Source: Candidatus Latescibacterota bacterium
GTDB taxonomy: Bacteria; Latescibacterota; UBA2968; GCA-2709665
Length of the DNA stretch: 64,000 nt
Direction of reading: 5' to 3'
Assembly (NCBI GenBank): GCA_965248435.1
Contig: OZ252100.1
Span: 1,632,001 to 1,696,000, forward strand
The notes beneath the pieces are model-generated. The model was not told where the DNA came from and ran no database searches. It saw only the letters and a program-made list of their open reading frames with translations. The translations under genes and the position numbers were made by a program. Below, in pieces: positions 19,964 to 29,143 of the stretch (positions are counted from its first letter, which is position 1; each line of letters opens with the position of its first letter).

Positions 19964-19992
19964 TTGACAATGACTTTTGATTGCTCTATACT
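19964..19992 (+). promoter_or_regulatory. sigma70 promoter of the fliL operon
   Basis: TTGACA-N17-TATACT. Confidence 0.75.
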
Positions 19993-20067
19993 TTGGGGCG
20001 CAGCAACCAGGTTATCCACAAGTGACACAAATAGTTGTGCGAATAGCCACCTGCGAGGACTTACCCT

Positions 20068-20535
20068 TTGAATCGCTACATGCCTATGGTGATGCTCGTG
20101 GTCTTCGGTCAGGCGATCATCGCCTATCTCCTCGTGGACCAGGTCGTGCTTCGTAGGCTGTATGGCCTGCCGACTGAAGAGATTCGGGAAACGCAAGCCG
20201 ACATCCCGATCGGTGACGAGCCGGAGGCCATCTACCGGGGGCTGGGCGAATTTTTGTTGACCCCCTCCGATACTGCCGGTACGCAGGGCCTGCGCCATCT
20301 TAGGGCCACGATTTCCCTGGGCGTCTCGCCCGCAAAGGCTGAAGAGCAGCTCCAAGCCCAGAATCCTCGTCTCAGAGACGCGATCATTCGTATCCTGACG
20401 GCCAAGGCGGTCGAAAAACTGGACGACCCTGAGGACAGAGAGTTTATCAAAGACGAGATCCGCTTCACGCTGAACAGACTGCTCAAGCAGGGTGAAATCC
20501 TGGAGGTTTATTTTACGGACTTCATCGTCCAGTAG
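20068..20535 (+). CDS. fliL: Flagellar basal body-associated FliL family protein
   Basis: N-terminal TM; PRLRDAIIRIL..K, IKDEI...LN.LL..G.I.EVYFTDFIVQ. Confidence 0.88.
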   Translation: MNRYMPMVMLVVFGQAIIAYLLVDQVVLRRLYGLPTEEIRETQADIPIGDEPEAIYRGLGEFLLTPSDTAGTQGLRHLRATISLGVSPAKAEEQLQAQNPRLRDAIIRILTAKAVEKLDDPEDREFIKDEIRFTLNRLLKQGEILEVYFTDFIVQ

Positions 20536-20537
20536 AG

Positions 20538-21971
20538 GTGCGCGTGTCTGGTCCAAGGCAAAACATCCGCCCCTCTGCCGTTGCCGGTCAGTTCTACCCA
20601 AAACGGGCTTCCGAGTTGAGGCTTCAGGTCGAAGACATGCTGGCCCGAGCCTGCGATGCGGAGATCGAGGGTGAGATCCGAGGGCTGATCGCGCCTCACG
20701 CCGGCTACGCCTTTTCAGGTCAAACGGCAGCTGCGGCCTACAGACAAGTCAGGGGGAGGACCTACGACACGGCAGTCGTTATGGCGCCCAGCCACCGGGA
20801 TGTCTGCGACGGCGTCTCGATCTTCCCTGGCGACGGATACGAAACCCCGCTCGGGGTCGTCCCCGTAGACGTAGAGATGATCGACAGGCTACTCGAAGAA
20901 GACGCTTCCCTAAAAAAATCCAGTGCAGGACATGCAGTAGGCGCTTCCCAGAGTCCCTCCTGTGGCCACTCGGGCGAACACGCCGTTGAAGTTCAGATCC
21001 CTTTTCTCCAGATCGTCCTGCCGCGGGGCCTGCGTTTACTGCCGATCGTCATGGACTGCCGGTCCTTCGAAACCTGTAGGCGCCTGGCAGATGCGCTTGT
21101 GCGGGCATCTGAGGGAAGGCGGATACTCATCGTGGCGAGTTCGGATCTCTACCACGGTTACAGCCGGGAAGCGTGTGTCAAGAGTGATGACCACACGCTG
21201 GAGAAATTGGAATCGGCGGATCCTCAGAGGTTCTCAGATGCGCTGGAGAAGGAAACGGCCCTGGCCTGTGGTGGGGGGCCAATCGTTACAATGATGGAAG
21301 CGGCTCGCCAGCTGGGCGCTTCTCAAGCGCTGGTCGTTGCTCGGACAAATTCGGGTGAAGTGACAGGAGAACGAGCAGGATACGTCGTGGGCTACGGTGC
21401 CGCCCTCCTATACGGCCCTGAGCGTGCCGCCGGGTTGGTGGATTCAGACCGCGCTCAGCTCGGAATGATCGCGCGTCGAAGCGTAGAAGACACGGCCTGC
21501 GGAAGGGTTTCGGAAGATCCGGTTCTAAACTCGCCTGGACTTGGAAGAGAACTGGGGGCCTTCGTCACGCTTCGAAACTGCGGAAGGCTTCGCGGCTGTA
21601 TCGGAGACATCGATGCACACGACCCGCTTGCTCAGACAGTGCAAAAAATGGCTTCCGCTGCAGCCTCACGGGACCCCCGCTTTCCACCCATTTCCAAAGA
21701 CGAGCTCGGCGTGATAGAAATTGAAATATCTGTGCTCGGTCCGGTTCAGCGCGTGATGTCAGCCGCTGACATCACGGTCGGAAAACACGGACTTTGTGTA
21801 CGGAAGGGAACGAATCAAGGTGTCCTGCTGCCACAGGTGGCTGTGGAGCAGGGCTGGGACGGAACCGAATTCCTCAATCAGGCCACGCTTAAGGCGAACC
21901 TTCCCCAAGCGGCCTGGCAGGAACCAGATGCAGAGATCTGGACCTTCACGGCCGAAGTCATCTCGGTATAG
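20538..21971 (+). CDS. AmmeMemoRadiSam protein B (MEMO1) - protein A (AMMECR1) fusion
   Basis: IRPSAVAGQFYP, APHAGYAFSG, EHAVEVQIPF, SSDLYH and CGGGP, then GAFVTL...LRGCIG, DPRF and GVLLPQV. Confidence 0.92.
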   Translation: MRVSGPRQNIRPSAVAGQFYPKRASELRLQVEDMLARACDAEIEGEIRGLIAPHAGYAFSGQTAAAAYRQVRGRTYDTAVVMAPSHRDVCDGVSIFPGDGYETPLGVVPVDVEMIDRLLEEDASLKKSSAGHAVGASQSPSCGHSGEHAVEVQIPFLQIVLPRGLRLLPIVMDCRSFETCRRLADALVRASEGRRILIVASSDLYHGYSREACVKSDDHTLEKLESADPQRFSDALEKETALACGGGPIVTMMEAARQLGASQALVVARTNSGEVTGERAGYVVGYGAALLYGPERAAGLVDSDRAQLGMIARRSVEDTACGRVSEDPVLNSPGLGRELGAFVTLRNCGRLRGCIGDIDAHDPLAQTVQKMASAAASRDPRFPPISKDELGVIEIEISVLGPVQRVMSAADITVGKHGLCVRKGTNQGVLLPQVAVEQGWDGTEFLNQATLKANLPQAAWQEPDAEIWTFTAEVISV

Positions 21972-22016
21972 CCATTCTATTTCAGCGACAACTACACCCT
22001 CCGTCTCCGGATTGAA

Positions 22017-24605
22017 ATGAAACTCCGATCCACGCTTAGCCTACAATCTACGAGCGATCTACGACAGATCGCTACAAACACTGGCCTTTCCGCCGATTCT
22101 GTGCGAAACAAATCGGAGTTGGTGGACCTCTGCTGTCGCCACCTCTCAAAACCGGCGCAAGTCCGTGACAGAATGAAAGCGCTGAACTCGGCCCAGACAG
22201 ACTTTATTACCACACTGGCTGCCGAGGGAGGAGAATTGCTGGAGGCGGAGGCGATTGAAGAGCTATGCGGGGGTTTGGTTCATCGATTTCACGGCATCCT
22301 GATCTCCCTCTCGGGTGTCGGCCTCGTCTTCCAGGACCGTGAATCACTGGGGCCAGACTACAATCTCGTGGGAATCCCAGAGCCGCTGCTGAAAACGATT
22401 CCAGTTCCACCTGGCCATCAGAAGCGGTTGAGGACCGTAATGAAGCCGCTCTCGATCGGTCACCTCCGTGCTTTCGCAAGTCAGGCAGGCACGCGTTTGC
22501 TCGATCACCGCAGACCTTTCGTCATCCAGGCCATTCGGGACCACCTCCTGGATCCAGACAGATTGAGAGACTATGTCAACAGCCTGTCAGATGAGAAGCG
22601 GGTCATCCTGGACGAGCTGTTGAAGTCTGGGGAGACGACACAGGAAACCGTCAGGCAGAACCAGGGAGAAGATGCCGTCCGACAGCTCAGTGAAATGATC
22701 CGGAAGACGCCGATCTTCTTGGCGCAGGAAACGGATTCGGCGCGAGACCGGTCGCCCATCCGCCTCGCCTCAGACCTCTCCAGCGCACTGCAATCGCTCG
22801 CAGATTCCCACGGAGGCAGCCTGGAAAGTCGTCCTGAGGAATTCCTGGGGGAGGGGGTTCAGGCACCGAAGAAAGTCAAAGAAAACGCGAGCAGCCTCTT
22901 TCGGGATCTGGCCAATCTGCTGGGTCTCCTCGCGCGACGTCGTCCTTCTGCACTCAAGACCGGAGGAATCGCAAAACCCGTTCTGAGGGAGGCAAGGAGG
23001 AACTGTAAGGAGGAGGAGGATCCAGGCTACACCGAATACCTGATGCTGTTCATTGAGGAAGCAGGGATGGCCCGGCCCGAAGCGGGGATATGGCGACCTG
23101 AGCCAGATGCCGGAGAAAAACTCGAAGGCGAGGCGGACATCCAGAAAGCCATGTTTGCCTTTTGGCAGGAGACAGATCGCTGGAACGAGTGGAGTGCCGA
23201 AGCCAGCAAGCGCAAAAGTCAGCGCAGTCGAATGATGGCCCTCAAGGACTTTCGGCAGGAGATCCTTCAGGGATTGCGCAAATGTCCGGTGGACCGCTGG
23301 ATCTCATATCCCAAGTTCTATAGCCTTCTACTAAAATCCTCCGAACCTTTTCGAAGCCACGTGCAACATCCGAACTCTGGGCGAACCTTGGCAGCAGGTG
23401 GAACGACAGCAGAAGAACTGCTTCGCCGTACGCTGAGTGGCGTCCTAGCGTGGATAGGGCTGATTGAGCTAGGAAATCCGGAACTTTACGAACTCCCATT
23501 GCATCGCAACGCATGCCCCCTCTTTCGAATCACCAGGGCGGGAGACGCACTCTTACGGGGTGCGTTTTCAGAGCGGCCAATCCAGCGCTTCCAACCCACG
23601 AACCCTGAAGCCAGAATCGTGCTGCAGCCGAACCTCGAGGTGCTCTCGCCGCCCGACCTTCCACACACGGCCTATATCAAGCTATGGACCCTCGCCGACC
23701 TGAAGTCCGTCGACATCGTTACACATTTCCAGATCACCCGAGACTCGCTACGTGAAGGCATGAACGCTTGGACTTCCGGGGACGCCATCCGGCAGTTCCT
23801 GGTGAATTGCAGCTCAACGGGAATCCCGGAGGTCTTGGAGAAGCTCATCCAGGAATGCGAGAGCCGACACGGTGAGATCGAAATAGGGCGGGCATCGGGG
23901 TATCTGGCTGTGGGCAGCGAGGACCTGCTCGATGAGCTTTACGCCCAGAAATCTGTCGCCGCCCTGATGGGAGTCCGAACCTCTCCCCGATCCGGCATAT
24001 TGAAAGCGCACGCGAGACCCGAGGCCCTCGTCCAGATGCTCCAGAAAGAGGGCTACATGCCCAAACTGATCGATGACTCGATAAATACGCACGACGGACA
24101 TCTGCAACTAGCCTTGAAGGGGTCCGATCTGTCAGAGCTCGTTGCATTCTTGGAAACCGCCACAAAGATGCTCAGAGACCACGCGTCGGATCCGCCTAGA
24201 GAGCTGGACCATCTCCTGAGCCGGCTCAGAAGAGGACTCAGGCAGCTTCCGGATCAGCAGCGGCTGGATGCGCGGTCCCGGTACGAACGGGCGTTCGAGA
24301 AACTGCTCCGGCCCGCTTCAGGCGACACCGGGGTTCATGACCTGCTTCGCTACGCGGGAAAAAACCCGTCGAGCGACCCCGAAGAAATTCGATCTATGTT
24401 CAGGTATGCGATCGACCACCATCTATGCCTGGAGATCCACTACCCCTCGATCGATGCCCGCCGCGTGATCGAACCCGCGGCAGAAGATCCGTCGATGCTC
24501 TACGCGTTTTGCCGCGAACGGAACGGAGACCGGGTCTTCCGAATAGAAAAAGTCGGCCTGGCGCGGCTAACGGGGGACAGGTTTGAATCTAAGCATCGCG
24601 CTTGA
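22017..24605 (+). CDS. XPB/Ssl2-helicase-associated domain protein with C-terminal WYL domain
   Basis: IVLQPNLEVL, FQITRDSLREG and FL...S.TGIP (Helicase_C_3-like); C-terminal LEIHY...RRVIEP...LYAFC.ER...RVFRIEKV (WYL). Confidence 0.75.
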   Translation: MKLRSTLSLQSTSDLRQIATNTGLSADSVRNKSELVDLCCRHLSKPAQVRDRMKALNSAQTDFITTLAAEGGELLEAEAIEELCGGLVHRFHGILISLSGVGLVFQDRESLGPDYNLVGIPEPLLKTIPVPPGHQKRLRTVMKPLSIGHLRAFASQAGTRLLDHRRPFVIQAIRDHLLDPDRLRDYVNSLSDEKRVILDELLKSGETTQETVRQNQGEDAVRQLSEMIRKTPIFLAQETDSARDRSPIRLASDLSSALQSLADSHGGSLESRPEEFLGEGVQAPKKVKENASSLFRDLANLLGLLARRRPSALKTGGIAKPVLREARRNCKEEEDPGYTEYLMLFIEEAGMARPEAGIWRPEPDAGEKLEGEADIQKAMFAFWQETDRWNEWSAEASKRKSQRSRMMALKDFRQEILQGLRKCPVDRWISYPKFYSLLLKSSEPFRSHVQHPNSGRTLAAGGTTAEELLRRTLSGVLAWIGLIELGNPELYELPLHRNACPLFRITRAGDALLRGAFSERPIQRFQPTNPEARIVLQPNLEVLSPPDLPHTAYIKLWTLADLKSVDIVTHFQITRDSLREGMNAWTSGDAIRQFLVNCSSTGIPEVLEKLIQECESRHGEIEIGRASGYLAVGSEDLLDELYAQKSVAALMGVRTSPRSGILKAHARPEALVQMLQKEGYMPKLIDDSINTHDGHLQLALKGSDLSELVAFLETATKMLRDHASDPPRELDHLLSRLRRGLRQLPDQQRLDARSRYERAFEKLLRPASGDTGVHDLLRYAGKNPSSDPEEIRSMFRYAIDHHLCLEIHYPSIDARRVIEPAAEDPSMLYAFCRERNGDRVFRIEKVGLARLTGDRFESKHRA

Positions 24606-24630
24606 CTTCTGGTTTTGTGAAGCATATATT
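24602..24630 (+). promoter_or_regulatory. sigma70-type promoter
   Basis: TTGACT-N17-TATATT. Confidence 0.55.
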
Positions 24631-24761
24631 GCCCAGGGTTTCCGGAGCACAGTTTGACCCCCGACAAATCGCTCTGGAGGCCTGCGCGGCCATCAGCGAC
24701 GCTTGGCAGAAACCGCATTGCTGGTGGCCTTTCTTTGCCATCTACGGGAGGTAGAAACGTT

Positions 24762-27683
24762 ATGAAGTGGATGTCTCTCCTGGCGGGGTTGTCCCTCTGC
24801 TGGGCAGGATCGGCTGGTGCTCAAGCCATCGGTGAAGTCACAGACATCCAGCTCCTGGGTGGAACAGCGACAATCACCCTCGACCTTTCGGTGAATGACT
24901 ACGAGTTGATTCTCTATCCAACGATCCAGGATGAGCCGGACACCGCCCGAACTTTCTCTTATACGGTTTCCAGCACGACCCCTTCTTCCAAGATTGCCCT
25001 CACGCGCATGCCTAGCCCCGTCGGCGTGACAGATCGCGATCGCCTCGAGTCAGTGCTCCGCCGACGCGAGCGGGAATTGGCCGACCGACTCGATGGCCAG
25101 AAGCCATCGCCACGGCCCGCGTCTAAAATCGCTGCACAGGTTGGCGATGTTCGGACCTTCACGTTTAGTGCATTCGGGGACGTGACCGAGGACCGCTCCG
25201 TCGAGACCACGCTGGTCGCCACGAGTGATCGCGCAACCGCCTATCTCGATGACGCGCTGCCCGCCGCAGACGAGAACGTGACGATCACGCAGATCGAGGA
25301 TGTGCTCACCACTTTCAGTACAGACACCTACCCGGTCCTCACCACAACGTTTGGGACCGCTTCCGACGTTGATGCGGATGGCAAGGTCGTCTTCTTGTTT
25401 ACGCACCTCGTCGATGATGTCGGCGGCATCGCAGGATTTTATTCCTCCTCCTCCTTGTTTTCAGCTGAGCAGGGCGGCAACGGTAATCTGGCTGACATGA
25501 TGTTCATCAGCCCGACCCGGGCGATCAACTCCTACGAGTCCCTCTTGGCCCACGAATTCCAGCACCTGATCAATTACAACGAACACGTGCTCGTGCACGA
25601 CGGCGATCCAGAAGAGAGCTGGATGAACGAAGCCCTCTCCCACGTCACCGAAGACCTGGTGGGCGGACACGTGGAAGGCGGGAATCCAACCCTCATAGAG
25701 GAATTCATGCGGGACCCGGGGGCCTACCGTTTGAATGGAGACGCGCTCCTCAACTCGGGAATCCGAGGATCGGCTTACTTGTTCTTGCGCGGATTGATCG
25801 AAGACTTCGGTGAAGCCCTTCCAGGTCAGCTCGTTCAGACAGATGTCTCGGGTATCCCAAACGTGGAGGCGACAACAGGTCAAGACTTCGAGACGCTCTA
25901 TCGGACCTTCGTCGCACGGGTCTTTTTGAGTGGGACCGGCCTCAGTGAGGAAACTCAGTCTAACTACACATTTCCCTTCTTTACCGAAACGACAACAGGG
26001 CATCGTTCAATTCCCCCACCGGGCGAGACGGTGATTTCGAATCAGGTGGCCACCGTATCAAGCAGCGTCAAACCACTCGCGCCGGAGTTCATCCGAGTTG
26101 CCGGGACCGGAATCGAGCAGAGCTTTGATATTCAGACAGAGGTTGCCGGGTCGTTTCAGGCCTTGCTCGTCGCCCTGCCCAAAGGCTTCATCCCTTCACT
26201 ATCACTGCCCTCCGGTTTCTTTCCTGGTATCGTTCTGGACGCGCCATTTCAGGGCGGCTACACTGAAGGAGAAGCAGTCACCGTGTCCGGTTCGATCCCG
26301 GATTCGGAGGGAAACGAACTTCTCTTTCAATTTGTCTCATTAGAGGGAGAAGCTGATACCGTAAAATTCATAGCACGTGTGGCAGACGGTCGGTTCGGTC
26401 TTCCCATTCTGTTTTCACAGACAAGGGCGGGGAAATACAACTTCCAGCTCTTTCTAGGTCAGACAGGTGCCACACTTCCGTTCGTCGGGGGCTTTTCTCC
26501 GGTTGTTGTAGATGAACGCTCCGGCCCGATCGACCTGCCGGTGGATTTCTTTGCCGGGATCACGCTCGATTCCACTTTGCCGACCCATTACGAGGCAGGA
26601 ACCGGCATCTCTCTGTCCGGTGTTGTTTCCGATCCCTCGGTGGAAGCGCTTTTGATGACCTTTACCTCCGAGGCCGATGGCCAGGAAATCAGGGTCCAGA
26701 CAGTCACTTCCGGAGGACAGTTCCGGAAGGGATTCCTGTTCACGCCGGACCAGACCGGTACTTATTCCCTTGACCTTTTCGGGGGACTCGAGGGAGAGAG
26801 CCTTTTCCCACTCGGTTCCTTTGACCCCGTTACAATTACGTCGAGTGGAAACGAACGCATCTCCCTGCCCGTAGACTTCTTCGACTCCATCCTCCTCGAT
26901 CTACCCCTGCCCGGGACCTACCTGGGGAACAAGACAGAGGTCCTCTCGGGACGAATAACAGAGTCCTTTGTCGAAGCCCTCATAATGATCTTTAATCCCA
27001 ATGGAGCTGAGCAGGAGATCCGGGTAGATGTTGAAGTCTCCGAAGAGGTTTTCCACCAGGAACTTGCGTTCACGTCAGACAAGGCGGGTAGCTACACGCT
27101 GGACCTATTTGGAGGATCTTTCACGACAGGAGAGTTTCTGTTGTTGGGCTCGTTCCCGCTTGCTGAGATCCTCATACCCCAGCCGGACATCCTCGTCCGC
27201 CAGGCCTCTATCTCCTGGGAGGACGTCCCGATCGGCGAAAGCTCCGGGCTTCAAATAGAGGTCGTCAATGCCGGCAATGAGGACCTCGTCCTCACCGACA
27301 TCGGCCTCGAAGGTGACCTGTTTTCAGTCACCCCGATGGACGCCACGGTTTCCGGCGGAGACAGCATCACCGTTACCGTCACCTTTACGCCCGCTTCCAC
27401 GGGCGCCTTCACGGCCCTACTCGAAATCCTCAGCAACGACCCCGACCAGGCGTCTCTTCAGGTCTCCCTGACCGCATCCGCGATCGAGCCGGAGCCATCC
27501 ACTGGCCCGTCGCCCGATTTCGATGGGGACGGCAAGGTGGGCTTCCTCGATTTCGTTGCGTTCGCGCTCGTCTTCAATTCCGTGGAGGGGGACGGGAATT
27601 ACGATCCCAAATTCGATCTTGACAATGACGAACAGATAGGATTTCTGGATTTCGTGGCCTTCTCCGTTGCCTTTGAAGGGTAA
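24762..27683 (+). CDS. Secreted Zn-metallopeptidase (M30/M6-like) with three 110-aa repeats, an Ig-like (ASPM/choice-of-anchor-D-like) domain and a C-terminal dockerin-like module
   Basis: GGAGG RBS and signal peptide at ATG 24762; DVDADGKV, LAHEFQHLIN and WMNEALS; N.GN.DL...I.SNDPD; PDFDGDGKVGFLDF...DLDNDEQIGFLDF. Confidence 0.8.
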   Translation: MKWMSLLAGLSLCWAGSAGAQAIGEVTDIQLLGGTATITLDLSVNDYELILYPTIQDEPDTARTFSYTVSSTTPSSKIALTRMPSPVGVTDRDRLESVLRRRERELADRLDGQKPSPRPASKIAAQVGDVRTFTFSAFGDVTEDRSVETTLVATSDRATAYLDDALPAADENVTITQIEDVLTTFSTDTYPVLTTTFGTASDVDADGKVVFLFTHLVDDVGGIAGFYSSSSLFSAEQGGNGNLADMMFISPTRAINSYESLLAHEFQHLINYNEHVLVHDGDPEESWMNEALSHVTEDLVGGHVEGGNPTLIEEFMRDPGAYRLNGDALLNSGIRGSAYLFLRGLIEDFGEALPGQLVQTDVSGIPNVEATTGQDFETLYRTFVARVFLSGTGLSEETQSNYTFPFFTETTTGHRSIPPPGETVISNQVATVSSSVKPLAPEFIRVAGTGIEQSFDIQTEVAGSFQALLVALPKGFIPSLSLPSGFFPGIVLDAPFQGGYTEGEAVTVSGSIPDSEGNELLFQFVSLEGEADTVKFIARVADGRFGLPILFSQTRAGKYNFQLFLGQTGATLPFVGGFSPVVVDERSGPIDLPVDFFAGITLDSTLPTHYEAGTGISLSGVVSDPSVEALLMTFTSEADGQEIRVQTVTSGGQFRKGFLFTPDQTGTYSLDLFGGLEGESLFPLGSFDPVTITSSGNERISLPVDFFDSILLDLPLPGTYLGNKTEVLSGRITESFVEALIMIFNPNGAEQEIRVDVEVSEEVFHQELAFTSDKAGSYTLDLFGGSFTTGEFLLLGSFPLAEILIPQPDILVRQASISWEDVPIGESSGLQIEVVNAGNEDLVLTDIGLEGDLFSVTPMDATVSGGDSITVTVTFTPASTGAFTALLEILSNDPDQASLQVSLTASAIEPEPSTGPSPDFDGDGKVGFLDFVAFALVFNSVEGDGNYDPKFDLDNDEQIGFLDFVAFSVAFEG
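26205..27180 (+). repeat. Three tandem 330-nt (110-aa) intragenic repeats
   Basis: LP(S/V)(G/D)FF..I.LD..L...Y..G....(V/L)SG starts at 26205, 26535 and 26865; each unit ends near G.Y.L.LF.G. Confidence 0.8.
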
Positions 27684-27689
27684 GCCGGC

Positions 27690-28364
27690 CTACACTGGCC
27701 AGGTTTCCTCTCGGTAGGCCATGTCCCAGAACATCCACTCATACCGGCTGGTCGTGATGAAATGCTCGACCATGGCCTGTCTTCCCTCCGGTGAAATTGC
27801 CTCAGCAACCCGATTCGTTAGGGCAAGCACGTCCTCCACGATTTTACCGAATTCCTCCCCTCCATAGGTCTCGATCCACTTTCGATAAAGGGCGTTCGGC
27901 GACCCCTTCCGAATCAGAACCTTCCCGACTTCCCAGTAGATCCAGTAGCAGGGCAGGAGCGCTGCCAATCCCTCGGAGAACGGGCGGCCGTAGGCCACCG
28001 CGAGCAAATAGCTCGTGTACGCACGATTCGTCGGCGTCATTGGGGTAGATCGAACCGCTTTTTGAGAAAGGCCGAAATCGCTGAAAAATTCGCCGTGCAA
28101 TGCCCGTTCGACTTCGATGGCACCCGCGGCGTGAGTGTTGAACATGGCAACGTCCTGTTCTTCGGGCGCCTTGGCGGCAGCAAGACTCAGCGCCCTGGCA
28201 TATTCGCTGAGGTAAAGCGAATCCTGCACGATGTAGAATTTGAAGGCCGACAGATCGAGGCTGCCGTCCGTCAGACCCCTGACAAAGGGCTGGTCAAGAA
28301 TCGCGCCGAAAATATCGGCGATCTCAGACCATAGGTCCGATGTGAACTGCCGCACGCGAGGCAA
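27690..28364 (-). CDS. tenA: Thiaminase II / TenA
   Basis: PFV.GL.DGSL, F.FYIVQD.LYL, LLPCYWIY, Y.KWIETY and EWMFWDMAY; TTG start after GGAGG. Confidence 0.9.
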   Translation of the reverse strand: MPRVRQFTSDLWSEIADIFGAILDQPFVRGLTDGSLDLSAFKFYIVQDSLYLSEYARALSLAAAKAPEEQDVAMFNTHAAGAIEVERALHGEFFSDFGLSQKAVRSTPMTPTNRAYTSYLLAVAYGRPFSEGLAALLPCYWIYWEVGKVLIRKGSPNALYRKWIETYGGEEFGKIVEDVLALTNRVAEAISPEGRQAMVEHFITTSRYEWMFWDMAYREETWPV

Positions 28365-28431
28365 TGGGCCACCTCCTCTCCTGAAATCCCCTTCGTTAGA
28401 CTTTGAATTCTGCGCGGGCCAAACGCTCCAT

Positions 28432-28460
28432 ATCATACCAAGACCCGACTCGGCCGTCAA
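28432..28460 (-). promoter_or_regulatory. sigma70-type promoter of tenA
   Basis: Minus strand TTGACG-N17-TATGAT. Confidence 0.55.
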
Positions 28461-28587
28461 GCCTGGCAGCAGTCAATTTTCGTTTGTGTTTAGACACCGT
28501 CTGTCGTATTATTCGTTCGACTGAAAGATAGCCATTCAGCGCAGTTCAAGAAGGAATCGAGCAAAACTCTATCGGGGGTTATACTCT

Positions 28588-28939
28588 GTGCAGATTCCTC
28601 CTCCCAACGTCCAGCAAGGCGTAATGAAACGCCTCAAGGACCACGCAAAGAAGAGGTATGAGGGCAAGCGGGGTGTCACAGAAATACGTGGACACATCAA
28701 GGGCAATCGCCTCTTCCTCGAGGTGGTCAAGGAGGAAGGAAGGCGTAGTTGGAAGAATGTTTAAGATGGGCACGGTCAGAGGCGTTGCGCGTTTGGCCCG
28801 CCTGGATTATCTGGGTCCAAACAAGTGGAAGTTTCTGATCTACAAGTCGGACAAGAAGGTCTACGGACCCTACGGCGCGTTGCAGGAGGGCACGATAGAG
28901 GAGTGCCTGGATGCCGCAGCGGACGTCTATTTGAAATAG
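28588..28939 (+). pseudogene. Small hypothetical protein split by a frameshift at a GGAA tandem
   Basis: GTG 28588 frame (QIPPPNVQ...RLKDHAKKRY..IRGHIKGNRLFLE) stops at 28764. The +1 frame continues LARLDYLG..KWKFLIYK...GTIEECLDAAA.VYL. Removing one GGAA from GGAAGGAAGG fuses the two frames. Confidence 0.6.
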
Positions 28940-29143
28940 CCTGAGGCGCATCGCGTTCATCTCCCTCCCGAAGAAGCCATCCTGCCATAAAAAAACGATC
29001 TCTCGCCAAGACGAAGCCTGGTCTTTGACCTCCGCAGCAACGCCCTCAACCAAAAGGCATTTCCCAGCAGAGACCCTCTCTTCAGAGCGACCACAGCTTC
29101 CAAAATACGGTTCACCCGACCCTCAGCTACTCATGAGGTATCC

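Noticed and set aside
19900-20067. Replication origin
   Set aside because: Only one clear DnaA box, no box cluster or unwinding element, and no dnaA/dnaN nearby.
28365-28587. TPP riboswitch upstream of tenA
   Set aside because: No CUGAGA or CCUGAU core found; the leader after the predicted promoter is only about 60 nt.
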